A stretch of 62,570 nucleotides of DNA, the filler included, from Kipferlia bialata (taxonomy: Eukaryota), in the NCBI GenBank assembly GCA_003568945.1. It is 4 parts of 4 records of this genome, joined end to end, with 100 filler letters (N's around TTAATTAATTAA, not from the genome) between each part and the next. Parts side by side here need not be neighbours in the genome. Positions count along the whole stretch, not along the records: positions 24,437 to 48,700 come from BDIP01000233.1; 3 more parts are not named here. The stretch is one strand, 5' to 3'. Under the pieces are notes generated by a model that worked only from the letters and a program-made list of their open reading frames with translations, searched no databases and was not told the DNA's origin. A program made the position numbers and the translations under genes. Of this stretch, positions 25,125 through 38,060 are shown piece after piece; the stretch's first letter is position 1, and every line of letters starts with the position of its first letter.

Positions 25125-28100
25125 ATACTCCTATATCAGTATTTGTTAGAAGGTTTCTCTGATACTCAATTCTCAATGTTTCCCTTCAATACTTACAACC
25201 CTTTTCCCATTCGTGGGCATACTTTCATTCAGCGCTCTCTCTCTTTCTCTCTCTCTCTCTCTCTACCTACACCCGTTTACCCAGTGTGTGGCATGTATTT
25301 GCCTTCGACTCTACCTGGTGGCCAAAGACCGATGAGGATGTATTCAATGTGAGGCTATTATCTATATATGTACATATTTGTATTTGACTCTACCTAGTGG
25401 TGATCATTATAGTACGTGAGTAAAGTATATATACTTAGAATTATATTTAGTAATTACCCTACACTCCTAAGTTAGGAGTCCTAACCCTAGCTGCTCCCCG
25501 TGTTCCCTTTCCTTTGTCGTCTTCCTTCTTCCTATGATCTCATAATAATGCGATTTTGTGTATGAGAGTAAATATTACAAATATATCTTTATCATGTGAG
25601 GTACTAACCCTAGCTGCTCCCCTACCGTTCTCTTGTCGTCTTCTTCGCCACCCTTGTGGAGCTGTACGTGTCCATACCGTTGGTGCTAATATATGTGCAG
25701 GTATGTGTGTGGATATGTATGTACATATGTATGTATATACACACACAAAATTGCATTTTCATATATATATATATATATGATGGTATGTGTTTGTATATTC
25801 TTCGCCACCCTTGTGGAGCTGTACATGTCCATACCACTGGTGCTCATATATGTGCAGGTATGTATGTGTGTATATATGTGTTTGTATGGACTCATATGTA
25901 GTAAGTATAGTATATGTGTTTTATCTTTGTGTGAGTAACACTAAGTGACAGTGTCTGTCTAACATACAGATGTTCAGAGGCTTGTATATATATATATATT
26001 ATTTTTTTGTATATACATTTATATATACATATTGTCAATGAGGCGTCTCATCGCTGTCAGCGTTAATCTCTGACATACAGGTGTTCAGAGGCGTTGTCTC
26101 TCTGCCTGCACACCGGAGGATGGTCATGACAGTGAAGGTATATAGATGAATGGGTATACTATCCATTATTTATATATAGAGAGGGAGAGACAGATATTAC
26201 TGATACCTGCCCATAGACGGATGGTCATGACAGTCAAGGTTTATGCAGTATCAGTATTCTATCTATCTATATATGTATATATATGTATATATATATGTAG
26301 AGAGAGAGAGAGACAGAGACAGAGAGAGATTTCTGATACTGCCCATAGAAGGATGGTGTTGCATGGAGGGATGGATGGTATATTATATATATATATATAT
26401 ATTATATAGAGAGAAAGAGAGGGAGAGAGAGACTATTGAGGCTGCCTATAGAAGGATGGTATTGCATGGATGAATGGATGGTATATATTATATATAGAGA
26501 GAAAGAGAGGGAGAGGGAGATTTCTGATACTGCCCCCAGGAGGATGGTGTTGCATGGATGGATGTAAACTATTACTGTGCTTCTATTTACCACAGGTCAC
26601 GTCATCCTTCCTCATCCTCGCAGCGCTCTGTGTGTTTGGATGGAACACAGTTTTATACATGGACATGTACAGACAAGGTATGGTTGTGTGCATTGATGTG
26701 CTATTAGATCAGTGGTTTGATTGAAGACTATATTCTCATCCGGACACGAAACACATTTGAATACATGAGTTCTTATTAGCTGACTTTCAGGTTTCAGTCA
26801 GTTTGATGTTACCGCCTATAGTGCACTAGCGAGCAAGGTAAGCATTATTCATATGTACACTAATGTATACACTGGCGCTGCTACTTTACCCAATTGTTTC
26901 AATTTAGTTTTTACAGTGCGAGCAAGTTGTCTTATTATTCAATAGAGTAGAAATTGTTTCTTTTGTAAACACCTTGCGTATTCTGCGTACACCTATCTAG
27001 TGATTGTGTATGGATTCACATATAGATGTATATTTGTTCTTACACTCAAGTCTGGATTACCTTTCTTGCCTCGGCCTGGGTGTAGTTGCCATAAATATAT
27101 AGTTTGTATATATTTTACATTAGTACATAGATACCTGTATCTAATGGCAGGTCTGGGCCATCTATGTTTACCTGGGTGTTGTGTGTATTATAGTGCACAG
27201 ATCATTGTGTTGAATAGCAAGATATACTGTACACTGTGTGGAATTCTTCTTACTTTCAGGTCTGGGTAGTCTATGTTTTCCTGGGTGTTGTTGCCAATGT
27301 CCAAATGGCAATGCTTATGATAGGTAGTATATATATATAGTGTATATATACATAGATATTGAGAGACCGAGAGGGAGAGAGAGTGTGGCCAATGTCCAGA
27401 TGGCACTAATGATAGGTATGTATACAATATGTACATACATATATGTAGATATATATATATAGAGAGAGAGAGAGTGTGTGTGTGTGGCCAATGTCCTCAT
27501 GGCTATGCTTATGGTAGGTATAGACAGCATGATATAGTAGTGGTATTGGAATGCTCTCTTTCTCACCAAAAGCAGTGGCAGCCCTGAAACACATCAACAT
27601 GGCATCATTCAGATAGTATATATATATATTCTATAGTAATACTCTATTTGATATAACATTACTATATATTAACCCCCAGCTGTGGCTGCCCTGGGGCGTA
27701 TCAACATGGCATCACTGGCCAGGATATATATAGTATAGAAGACATTGGATATCTAGTATATATGGTGTCATTCTAATCAAAGCCGTGGCTGCCCTGAGGC
27801 GTGTCAACATGGCATCACTGGCACGGATATCAAGTGTGGGGCCTACCAAGAGAGGTACATAGTATATATAATCTATGTATGTATGTATAGATATGTATAT
27901 ACATCACTGGTATGTGTACTGGCACGGATATCAAGTGTGGGGCCTACCAACAGAGGTATATGGTATATATATATGTATGTATATATATGTATATGCAACG
28001 CTCTCTCTCTCTCTTTGGTCCCTAAATATAGGAGGTGTGGGGCCTACCAACAGAGGTATGCAATATATTCTCTTTCTCTTTGATAACATATGTGATACCC

Positions 28101-28978
28101 ATTCAAAGGGGGCTCAGCCTCTCGTCTTCTCTCTCTCCCTACACCCTTAATGCAGGCAAGATCAAAGCACCCCTGCAGAAGCTTGACATCCATACTTTCA
28201 TAATACTACTATATATATATAGTACTACACCCTTATATCTCTCTACACCCTTATGTCAGGCAAGGCACCCCTGCAGAAGCTGGACATCCTCCCTTGGCTG
28301 TACACTGGACTCCTGGTGGCAATGGGTATGTTATATCGTATGCATATATATATACAGGTAGATAGATAGACATATATATAGATAACTAGATGCAATAAAT
28401 ATGCTACTTCCTACATAAACCCTCAATCTATGTATGTTTATCCACCCTCCATGAGTGATTATGTATATCCACTAACTCGTTTACACAAGGCGTTGTCGCA
28501 TCGGTTGGGTTCGGGGCATATGGGTCACTGGAGTACAGTGTGGTGCTGTCCCTTGCCATCAACATTGCATCCATCCTCCAGTGAGTATCAACATGTCACA
28601 ATTAGTATACATGTCACGGCTATAGTGTATTGACATATATATGTATATGGGTCACTGGAGTACAGTGTGGTTCTGTCCCTGGCCATCAACATTGCATCCA
28701 TCCTCCAGTACGCAGGACTATTTCTCTCTTTACACGTTGTGCATATGGTCTTGTAAATGTCGTATTCTATTTGCTGCTGCCACATTGACTTCGTAAAAAA
28801 AGAGTTTAAATAAAGTGCATTCCTGCTCTTTCTTTCTTATACTTTTCTATCTTTGTGTCGGCGTTCTTCCCAGCTTCCGTCTCTTGTAATTACTTGCCTC
28901 ACCTGCAGGTATACGTGCCTCTCCCTGTTGTTCTATCCCCTCAAACCTGCCCTGCCAAAGGGTCTAGGGGGGAAGTGA
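25032..28978 (+). CDS. Multipass (~6 visible TM, 7TM/GPCR-like topology) membrane protein, probably 5' truncated
   Basis: Eleven exons splice in frame: TMAMSLVAGVTSVWHVFAF..YRSLVVFFATLVELYVSIPLVLIYVQVF..VTSSFLILAALCVFGWNTVLY..VWVVYVFLGVVANVQMAMLMIAVAAL..LPWLYTGLLVAMGVVASVGF..SVVLSLAINIASILQYTCLSLLFYPLK..GGK*. Family not recognised. Confidence 0.7.
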
Positions 28979-29394
28979 TATGAGTGGAGTAAGGTAATCG
29001 TTGTAGGGCGAGCATACCTGTACTTGTGTTTCTAGTGGGGAATGGCAAGAGATGGTCTAGGGGGGAAGTGAGGGTCTGTTTCTAATTGCCAAGTGTGAGC
29101 TCTTTGACTGGTGCACTATGGGTAGTTGTTGTGTGTTAATGAGAGTGTTAGGATGTGTGTGGGTAGAGAGAGAGAGACTGAGAAGTGGTGTAAGAGTAGG
29201 TGAATAGTGTTGCCATTATCCCGACTTTCGTATTCAGCGGATATCGCCGGTATATGGTTGTATCCTTAGCCTGTGATCGGACAGGACAGTGGCTCTGTTG
29301 TAATATATGTGTGTTTCTTGCTTTTAGTGGTATTGTACCCTAGACCAGATGAGTCCAACAGTTATACTATTCATATTCATATAGGTGTGTGTTA

Positions 29395-30740
29395 GTGTAT
29401 ATACACGGCTATATAGCTATTCTAGGCCTAGTATAAGATACTAAGGTACATACTCATGAAGGAGTCAAAAGGATGAGAGCCATGATAGGAAAAATGACTG
29501 ATCAGTCATGTCAGTCTGACATTTTTAGGACATATAGAATATGACATATGCTCTCCAAGCAGCCAAAGGCCAATAACATTGTAGTACAATGAATCATTGA
29601 ATGATTGTACTCCTTTTGGTCCAAAAGGAGTACTGGAAAGGAAGCCCCAAAAGTTTTGGGGCTTCCTTTCCAGAAACTCCATGATGGGGCCCATCAGCAA
29701 TATGGAGTACTCTGGTCCAGACTCTGGTCCAGACTCTGTATCCATTACTCTCATCTGGAATGAACTTATAGTCAAAATAGAAATATACATTGTATAATAT
29801 ATATATATACATTATATAATATACATTTATGTATTTTCGATTAATTATCACCTTTGTATCTGAGAATGGACGTAGTTGTACCTTTACTCTATATATTGAA
29901 TAAATAGTAGAGGGAAAGAGAGGCCAGACGATAGTGAGACTCTATAACTGATAGAGGAAGGTGTGACACTTTAAGACTTAAAGCTTAAGTGTCTCACCTG
30001 TGCTGTACAGGTGACCAGTGCATCTTAGAAGAGAGAGAGAGGCATAATAAGTACACAATAGGATAAGAGGAGAGAGGAGAGAGTACAGTATTTCTCTCCA
30101 GATTACCATGATGGGAATCCCATCTGAGATTCTCAGTACATGTGAGAATGGCCGAAGGGACTTCCCAAGCCGCTTGGTTGAGTTCTCCTACAAAACACAA
30201 TATGTGAAAGAGGCACTGTAGGAAGTTGATACATGGTTATTGTGTCAATGACTCATTGTCCAACTCAACAGTGAATCACCGATGAACCAACCGGTAAACA
30301 TAAGCAGAACCAGAGCTTGAGAGCTTGAGAGGAAGAGATCATGGTTGAGAGTAACCTGTGGTAGTCTACCACTCGTAGAGACTCTCTGATAGAGACTCTA
30401 TGTAGCAAGCAGGTATAGGACAAGCAACACGGGGAGGAGAGTGGTTTCGTACAGGATCAGTATACGTAGTCTGTTACAGAATACGCACGAAGACTTAGTC
30501 TTCAGACTCTTTACTCTAAGGTCAAGAGATGGTACCGGTCTGAAGTGCAAAAGAGAATTCAATATGAGAAGGAGAGAGAGAGGTGATGGTTGAACTACGT
30601 CTCAACAGATGCTTCTCGCCTAGCAGGTACACCCTCTTATATATGAGCATGTATTGAATGTGAAGAGTCTTCATTGAATACCCTATAATGTGGCGACTAT
30701 TGTAGATGTGTCACTAGTAGACACCAGGTAGTACCTGGCA
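29395..30740. repeat. Intergenic cluster of short perfect inverted repeats
   Basis: More than 15 palindromes with 0-1-nt centres, e.g. 29607-29633 (13-bp arms) and 29633-29673 (20-bp arms). Confidence 0.85.
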
Positions 30741-31074
30741 GGTACTATTAGTTCACCATGATTAGTATATTTACGAAACATTTAATATTTTTCCCACTCA
30801 CTTAGACAACTTGAGTTATATAGGGAGAATATATATCCTGTGTGTTTAGTTCGTGCAACCACACCATAGAGAAAGGGTGTAGTGGTTTTTGATGATTATG
30901 GGTCAGGATATTTGAACAATTGTGCACAAAAGGACTGTGGGTAAACTTGAGCGTATGCATGTGTCTCTCTAGTGCCTCCGTTTACCATACCTTTCCCTCT
31001 TGCTGGAAGAGAGCTAGAGAGAGAGAGAGGGAGGGAGGGCGACAGAGACCAGGTCCGGTCACTCTTGGCTGGAA

Positions 31075-31105
<31 letters not shown>

Positions 31106-31669
31106 TGGTGTATGATATGATGCCCAGGTTCCTGTGGGACATGGACAACAAGGCATATGAGGTATGGAGTAGACATGTACAAATTATTTCTGGAATATTT
31201 GTGCTTAGTAGTGTATACTAAATGCTCTATGTGTATGTTTGTTGATAGTATAGTGTTCACTCTCTCTTTAACTGGGGACAATACATGTATGGCATGTATG
31301 CTTGTATACGAGAGTATATAGGTGTATGGATGAGAGTGCTAACGTCGCTGGTCATATATTTGTACTGAAAAGAAAATGGTACACGTGCCATGTGTACTCT
31401 CTCTCTCTCTCTCTATAAATATATTGTTATATACTACAACTCGCAATAGTGTGTATTACTATGGTTGCTGCAGTACCATGCGTGATATATGTATATTTAT
31501 ATATATGCCCTTATACGGCGTGTGAGTCAGGTATTTGTTATATATATTAGTATTATAGTTATGTTAGATATATTAGTTAGTTATGTGTATTATGTATGAA
31601 CATAGTAGGTGCGTGTGTGATTCGATTATTTGCACTAACCTACACATTGCATCAACATATCCCTTCAAC

Positions 31670-31714
<45 letters not shown>

Positions 31715-31798
31715 ATTTGTTGATGTGTTCTTTGTCTCTCCCTGTAACCCTATTCCTACTGACACTGGTATTGACACTGATACTGTTACTGACCCCAG

Positions 31799-34700
31799 GG
31801 CGTGATATAGACATTGTCTGTATCAGCACTGGGGATATGCACTGTGACGCCTCTGCACTGCAATGTGCCCTCTCCTCCCTAGTGGGTCAGGCCAAGGACA
31901 GCGGGCTCTTCCGCCGCGTGACCCCCGTCCAGCTACCCACCCCCGACGTTGGGAGCCTTATCAATCACTACAGGTCAGTATGAGTACCTCAGTACGCTAT
32001 TCTATAACACAGACAGCCATGGGGTCACTGACACTGCAGGTCTGTCGTTCCGACGCCCTCTGCCGCCTCTGCATCCCAGTCAGGCCTGGCCCCAGTCCTA
32101 GTCATGCTGTACAGGCACAGCAGTACGGGTGCTGGTACGGGTACTGCCACAGAGGGCCAGGCCTCCCCCCGGTCTGCCTCTGCCTCCCCCCTGTCCGTGG
32201 CGCATGCCCTGTCCATGGTGGGTGTGCCATACACAGCGGTGGTGGACATGGGGATGTACATGGGTATGGGCGCTGGGGTAGGGGCAGAGGCTGCCACTGA
32301 GGCTGGTGTCACAGACGCATGGTTCAGAAGGGTGTGTCGCAGCACCAGAACAGATGACCCCCATGGGACACAGGGCAGAGAGACTGGGGTAGGGGGCAGG
32401 GGTATGCCAGCAGTGGATGTGTACTTCCCAGAGACACTCACAAGTAGAGATACAGACACCCCTGGGGGTATGGGGGGTGCTGACACATCTACCACTGGTG
32501 ACGGTGTCCAGAGCATGTCCATCCAGGGTCTGGCCAACCCCCCATGCATCTCAGGTGTATACATATACTATTATATGTACCCCTGCATCCTGTCTGACTG
32601 GTCTGATACTGATACTGATACTGGCTGACTGGTAGGCAGACACTGGCAGGCATCAGTATATATACATATCAACATACCATGAAACTGATACTGATACTGA
32701 TACCCCTCATGCATAATAGTAGGCAGACAGTGGCAGGCGTTGCTGGCCTCCTCCCCCCCTGGCCCCAAGGACGGTGTGCCCCTTCTAGACCTGGTTGTGG
32801 CGTGGATGGTCAGGAGGTGGGAGTGGGTCAGTGGATAGGGTGGCACAGTAGCCACTCTTCCTATGTATATACCCCCCCCCCATTGACCCTAGGTGCAGCA
32901 GCCCCGCCTGCACCACTGTGTCGAGGTCTGTGTCTGCGTCGCTGGATGTGTCTGACCCCTCAGAGGCAGAGAGGGAGAGGGAGAGAGGGGACCATGCGGC
33001 CAGGGGTATAGCAGCAGTGGCAGCCTCAGACCTGGGCAGACAGCTCAAGGTGGGATACATGGATATATATGTATCTTATGTATGTAGACTATTGTACACA
33101 TGGTGACCCCAGTCTGGCATCAGAGCCGCTGCCCCCACTGGGGATGAGGCTGTGTACGATGCTGTGTATGACCTCCTGTGGCCTGGGCAGAGGCAGAGGC
33201 TACTGAGACTGGGCAGTGCCAAGGCACCCACCGTGTACCCAATGTCAGGTGGGGGGGGTATGTGTATACTGTGTTAGATGGATATGTGATGGTGGTATTT
33301 CCATCCCCCTAGACCCCCTCCCACCCCAGGCAAGCGTGCGCTGTCGCGTGTGTGTGATGTCAAGCACCTGCTGCCCTCAGGGTTCAGACCCAGGGCAGTC
33401 GCAGACATAGGTGGGGCATAATGTATTATTCGATATTGGGGTTCCGTATACATGTGTACATACCCCTTCCCCTCACCCCTCACCCCTTAGGCTGTGCCGA
33501 TGGGGCCATTCTGTCTGAGCTGGCCCGGCACTACAGACTGCCCCCCTCCTCTGTGTATGGGATAGATGTCAGACCACCTACTCAGTCTGGGGCATTCACA
33601 TACATCGAGGCCTCGGACGATGGGTCTCTGGGCATACCAGACACAGGGGAGCTGGACCTCATACTGATAGCCATGACCCTGCACCACATACCAGGTATAC
33701 CAGGGGAACGGGCAGTGGTGTATCAGTGTGTATACATATATATGTATGTACACCTCTCTGACACCTCAGACTGGCAGTCCGTGCTGGCCAGTGCTGTGGA
33801 GGCACTGGCCCCAGGGGGGTGGCTGGTCATCAGGTGTGGGTGGATATGGTATATACTCGCACACATATATAGATGCATGATACATTGATGACTGGATATC
33901 ATGTATATACACTGATTCCACACACCCTCTGCCTCTGCCTCTGCCTCTGACTGATAGGGAGCATGACGCAGATGACAACTGCTGGCAGCTACTGCTGGAC
34001 ATCCACGACGGACTCTTTGCCACGTGCATATACAAGGACAGAGAGCAGTCGTGGCGAGACTGGGCTGCTGTCGCTAGGTACGTGTATAGTGAATGTGTAG
34101 GGTATATGCATAATAGCTGTGCCATAGTGGCCAGTGTCTTAGCATCACTTCACACCTGGTGTGGCAGTGTATGTTATGCCAGACTGTATTTGTTGTGAGA
34201 CCACCACCATCTGCCATACCCAATGGGAGTGTCAAACTTATAGTGACAATACCCCTCCCCTCCCCACCCCAGGTCCAACTTCCTGTCCCGGGACACTGTA
34301 CTGTCTGAACTATCCAGACTCGGCATGTCCCTAGACAGCACAGGTGTCAGTGGTAGAAAGGACACTCTCAGTACACAGGGGTCGGGAAGGTGGGTGGAGC
34401 TGGCAGATGCATACATATACTACATTTACTATACATACACTAAATATACCCTTACCTTACAGGTGGGTGGAGCTGGCTGATGCCGCTCTCCACATGCCTG
34501 GTCTGGGGGACTCCGCCTTCAGGGCCATCCCTGTCTCCCTGAGCGACAGACCCCTCTACCGCATGCACTCTTCCGTGTACTATGCTGCAGTGCAGAAGGG
34601 ACACACCGCGGCAAGGGGTGTCCCCACTAGGCCATCCCCCTCGGCATGTGCCGCTGTGCCTCACTCCCCTGCCCCCTCTGCATACAACGCACAGGCACAG

Positions 34701-37515
34701 GCCAGGGTGTGTGCCCTGCTGGCAGAGCTGGCCAGGCTCAGGGACCTCAGGTGGGGAGTTGCCCATACATATATTTGTGTTCCAGCATATTCCACATGTA
34801 TGAGTATTTGTGACTTCTTTCACCCACAGAGATACGTCCCTAGTATAGTGTCCTACCTACACCTTCTAGCTCCTCAAGTACCCATTGTCCTTCAAATGCA
34901 CTCATGACACCTCTCTCAATATCCATCCAGTGTACCCCCCCCCCCCCACCCTGACCCCAGGTGCCACCCCGGGTCCTACCACCACTGCACCTCTAGGTCA
35001 TGTGTTCTGATAGGGGCTGCCGTGCCCCCCCGGTACCAGTCTCTCTCTCCTACTGGCGGGTCCCCCTTCCACTGTGTGCACTATGCCCCCCCTGCACCCC
35101 TGCCCGTATCATTGTATGGGGAGCGCATGCCTGTCCTCGTGATAGGGGGTACCCTGGGCCAGGGGGACATGGGGTGGCTGTCAGACATAGCGGCCAGGGT
35201 ACCCCTGGTACTGCTATACAACGTGGAGGTGGGTGTGTGTGTGTGTGTGTGTCTGTTCAGTCATACTGGTGAGGCTAGTACTACTTGTTACATTTTCCCC
35301 TGATACCCCAGGTCCCCCCCGCCGTACACTCTGCCATCCTCGGTGTGTCTGGGTGTGTGTGCATACCATCCTGCATCAAGGGGTGTGTGGCATATGCCAC
35401 GGCAGAGCCCACCCCCGACACATCTAGACAGTCCTTCCTGGCCCTGTACCACAGCGACAGGTGGCAGGAGTCCGTGCTCTACCTGCAGAAACTGGTGGAG
35501 GTACGCCGTGGAGATATGTGAGCTGGGTGTCACTGGTTGTCGTATGATCACTCTTTGTATCCAAGTGCACCTTCATGCATGTATGTCTCTATCCAGATGT
35601 GTATGTGGTATGCATCCCCTCTGACCCCAGGGCAAGGGCGCAGACCCAGCCTCCCTTGAGACCATGACCCAAGGCCTGGATGCCCTGCTGGCCCAGGGGG
35701 CCTGTGATGCAGACGTGTATGGGTACCTGCTGTCCCTCGTGCCACAGCCATCTCAGCCATCTCAGCCATCAGAGGCAGCACCTGTGTCAGCCTCAGTCTC
35801 TGCTCTGGATGCCCATGCTCAGACCAGGGCCAGGCTCAGGGCCCGCGAGATACACACCTGCCTGATGCGGCACGCCCCGGAGCTCAAGACACAGGTGCAG
35901 TGGTGGTGGTGGTGTTTAGTGGGAATCATATACTGTACTGTATCTGATTACTGTATGCACTTCCTGATGCCCAGGTCAGGGCTATGGTGGATGTGTGCTC
36001 GGGGGATGGCCTGATAGCAAGGTAGCATCGAAATAGTGTGGATATTCTGGATAATCAGTGTCTGTGTCACCTGCCACCGTCTGCTGCTCAGTATGACTGG
36101 TGTCTGTGTTTGTATCAGTGTACAGTGTATAGTGTATTCATCTGTCTCCATCTGATGTGTCTCCATCTGACACTCAGGGAGGTGGCCTCTCTGTTGGGTG
36201 TCGCCCCCCCGGCCTGTGTGTGCGTGGACATTAGACAGCCCGACCAGGCACCGGGGCTGACATACATAAGGTACTGGCACAGCATGGAGTACATGACTCT
36301 GTACCCATGGCCCACTCTCTCTGTTTGCATACCCCTGACCCCCTCTATCCCTGACCCTCTCTACCTGACCCCCAGGCATGATATGGAGGCAGGGCCGGTC
36401 AGACTCGGGGCGTTCTCAGAGCTAGGTGGGATGTGTATGCATGAGTCTATATTGTTGTACAGATATGACTGTTGTTCTTGCGGATACTGATACTCCTTGT
36501 GTGCTTCGAGTTGTTTATGCCCAGTTCTCTCTCTGGATATATCACACAGACACACACACTCACACACACACTCACACTGTGATGTCTTCCGCAGGATGTA
36601 TCTACACAACGTGTAAACATCCCAACCCAATCAAGTTCACATATGTATTTATGTACATGCAATATAGTAATAGTAATACTATTGTGTGTACATACATATT
36701 TCGCGCCCCTCCATACCCCAGTGCTGTGCATGCAGGCACTCCATCATGTCAAGGACATCGACTCAGTGCTCAGGAGCATGTACTACAGCCTCAGGCCAGG
36801 GGGGATAGCAATCATCAAGGTACGGCCAATGGGTTAACGGTGGAATATCCATATAGACATACATATGTATTTACATCTGTATATATGTGTGTTTATACTG
36901 TCCAGGGACAGAATGTAGCTCTTTATACCAGTGCCGTATGGTGTCAATGCTATACGCATCCCACTGACCCCAGGACGTGGCCCCAGCTGACCCCCTTGAG
37001 GAGTGTCTGGTCGATGTGCAGCACGGGGTGTACTCGTGCGTGGGGTCACCCCCCCAGATGTCCGGTGCCACATACACATCCACATTCACTATGCACCACA
37101 GGTACGGGGGTGTATTTGTATTCATATAGACATACTCATATCCACTGCGTATATTGCGTGGCACTACACGCATGGACAGTCTCCAGTTCCCCTGACCCCT
37201 AGGACCACGGCATGTGTGCGCCAGGCCGTGTCAAGGGTGGGGTTCAGTGTGCTGTACATGGGACCAGCGGGGAAGGGTGCCGGCTCCCCCTTCTGGCTGT
37301 GCATGTGTAAGCCAGGCCGACTGGGACTGCAGCGCAGGGGGTACGGGTCAGGCAGAGACACGGGCACAGGGATAGACAGGGGGTCCAAGGATAGACATGG
37401 CAAGGGGCATGGAAAGGGTGGGTGGAGGCAGGGTAGAAGACAGGGCGCCAAGTACAGACCACCCAGAGGCAGGGGGGGGTCCGGTGGGGGGTCCTGGAAG
37501 AGGCGGTTTGACTAG
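31799..37515 (+). CDS. Large protein with two class I SAM-methyltransferase domains and an RG-rich tail; 5' end not found
   Basis: In-frame exons give MTase1 (VADIGCADG..YGIDV..LDLILIAMTLHHIP..LAPGGWLVIREHD..LLDIHDGL) and MTase2 (MVDVCSGDG..CVDI..ALHHVKD..LRPGGIAIIKD..LVDVQHGVY). The tail ..RGRGGSGGGSWKRRFD* ends at 37515. Confidence 0.8.
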
Positions 37516-38060
37516 ACACAACCACTCTTTGATCAAGTGATACCAGTCTATATCATATCAGCACAATGCTGCACATGAGGCCTGGTACCAGTGTCAAACC
37601 ATGCACCAGTGCATCAATGCCAGTGTCCACCATGACATATGACAGGGTATGATATGTCCATCGGTATCAGGGACACCTTGGATCACGGGAGAGCAGCATT
37701 GCATCATTGCCCGTCGGGGTCTATAGGTGGCTGAGGCAGTATGCTCCAAAATCAGCCTCAGACAGTGATCCACAGCCTAACTGCCCAGTACTAGAGAGTA
37801 TGTTGTCCCAACGACACTCTGCCAACCAATAGATGCATGGATGAGTAGATGGCTAGACGTGTCATCCCATCAGTCATTCCATATACACCCAGGCACAATG
37901 AAGGGAGTGGGAATGGGAGCCCTGCTATGCCGCCAGTGTCTCACACACACAGCATTGTATACATACAGCAAGCCAGGAGCGAGTCTGTATCCGTGTGCAG
38001 GATACTGCAAAGATACATATGCGTCTGAACCTGCTCCCTGACACCACTATAGCACCCTGA

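Noticed and set aside
29506..29851. Overlapping ORFs on both strands with near-identical peptides (ERKPQ.FWGFLS)
   Set aside because: A direct consequence of the palindromes; no splice pattern or protein motif.
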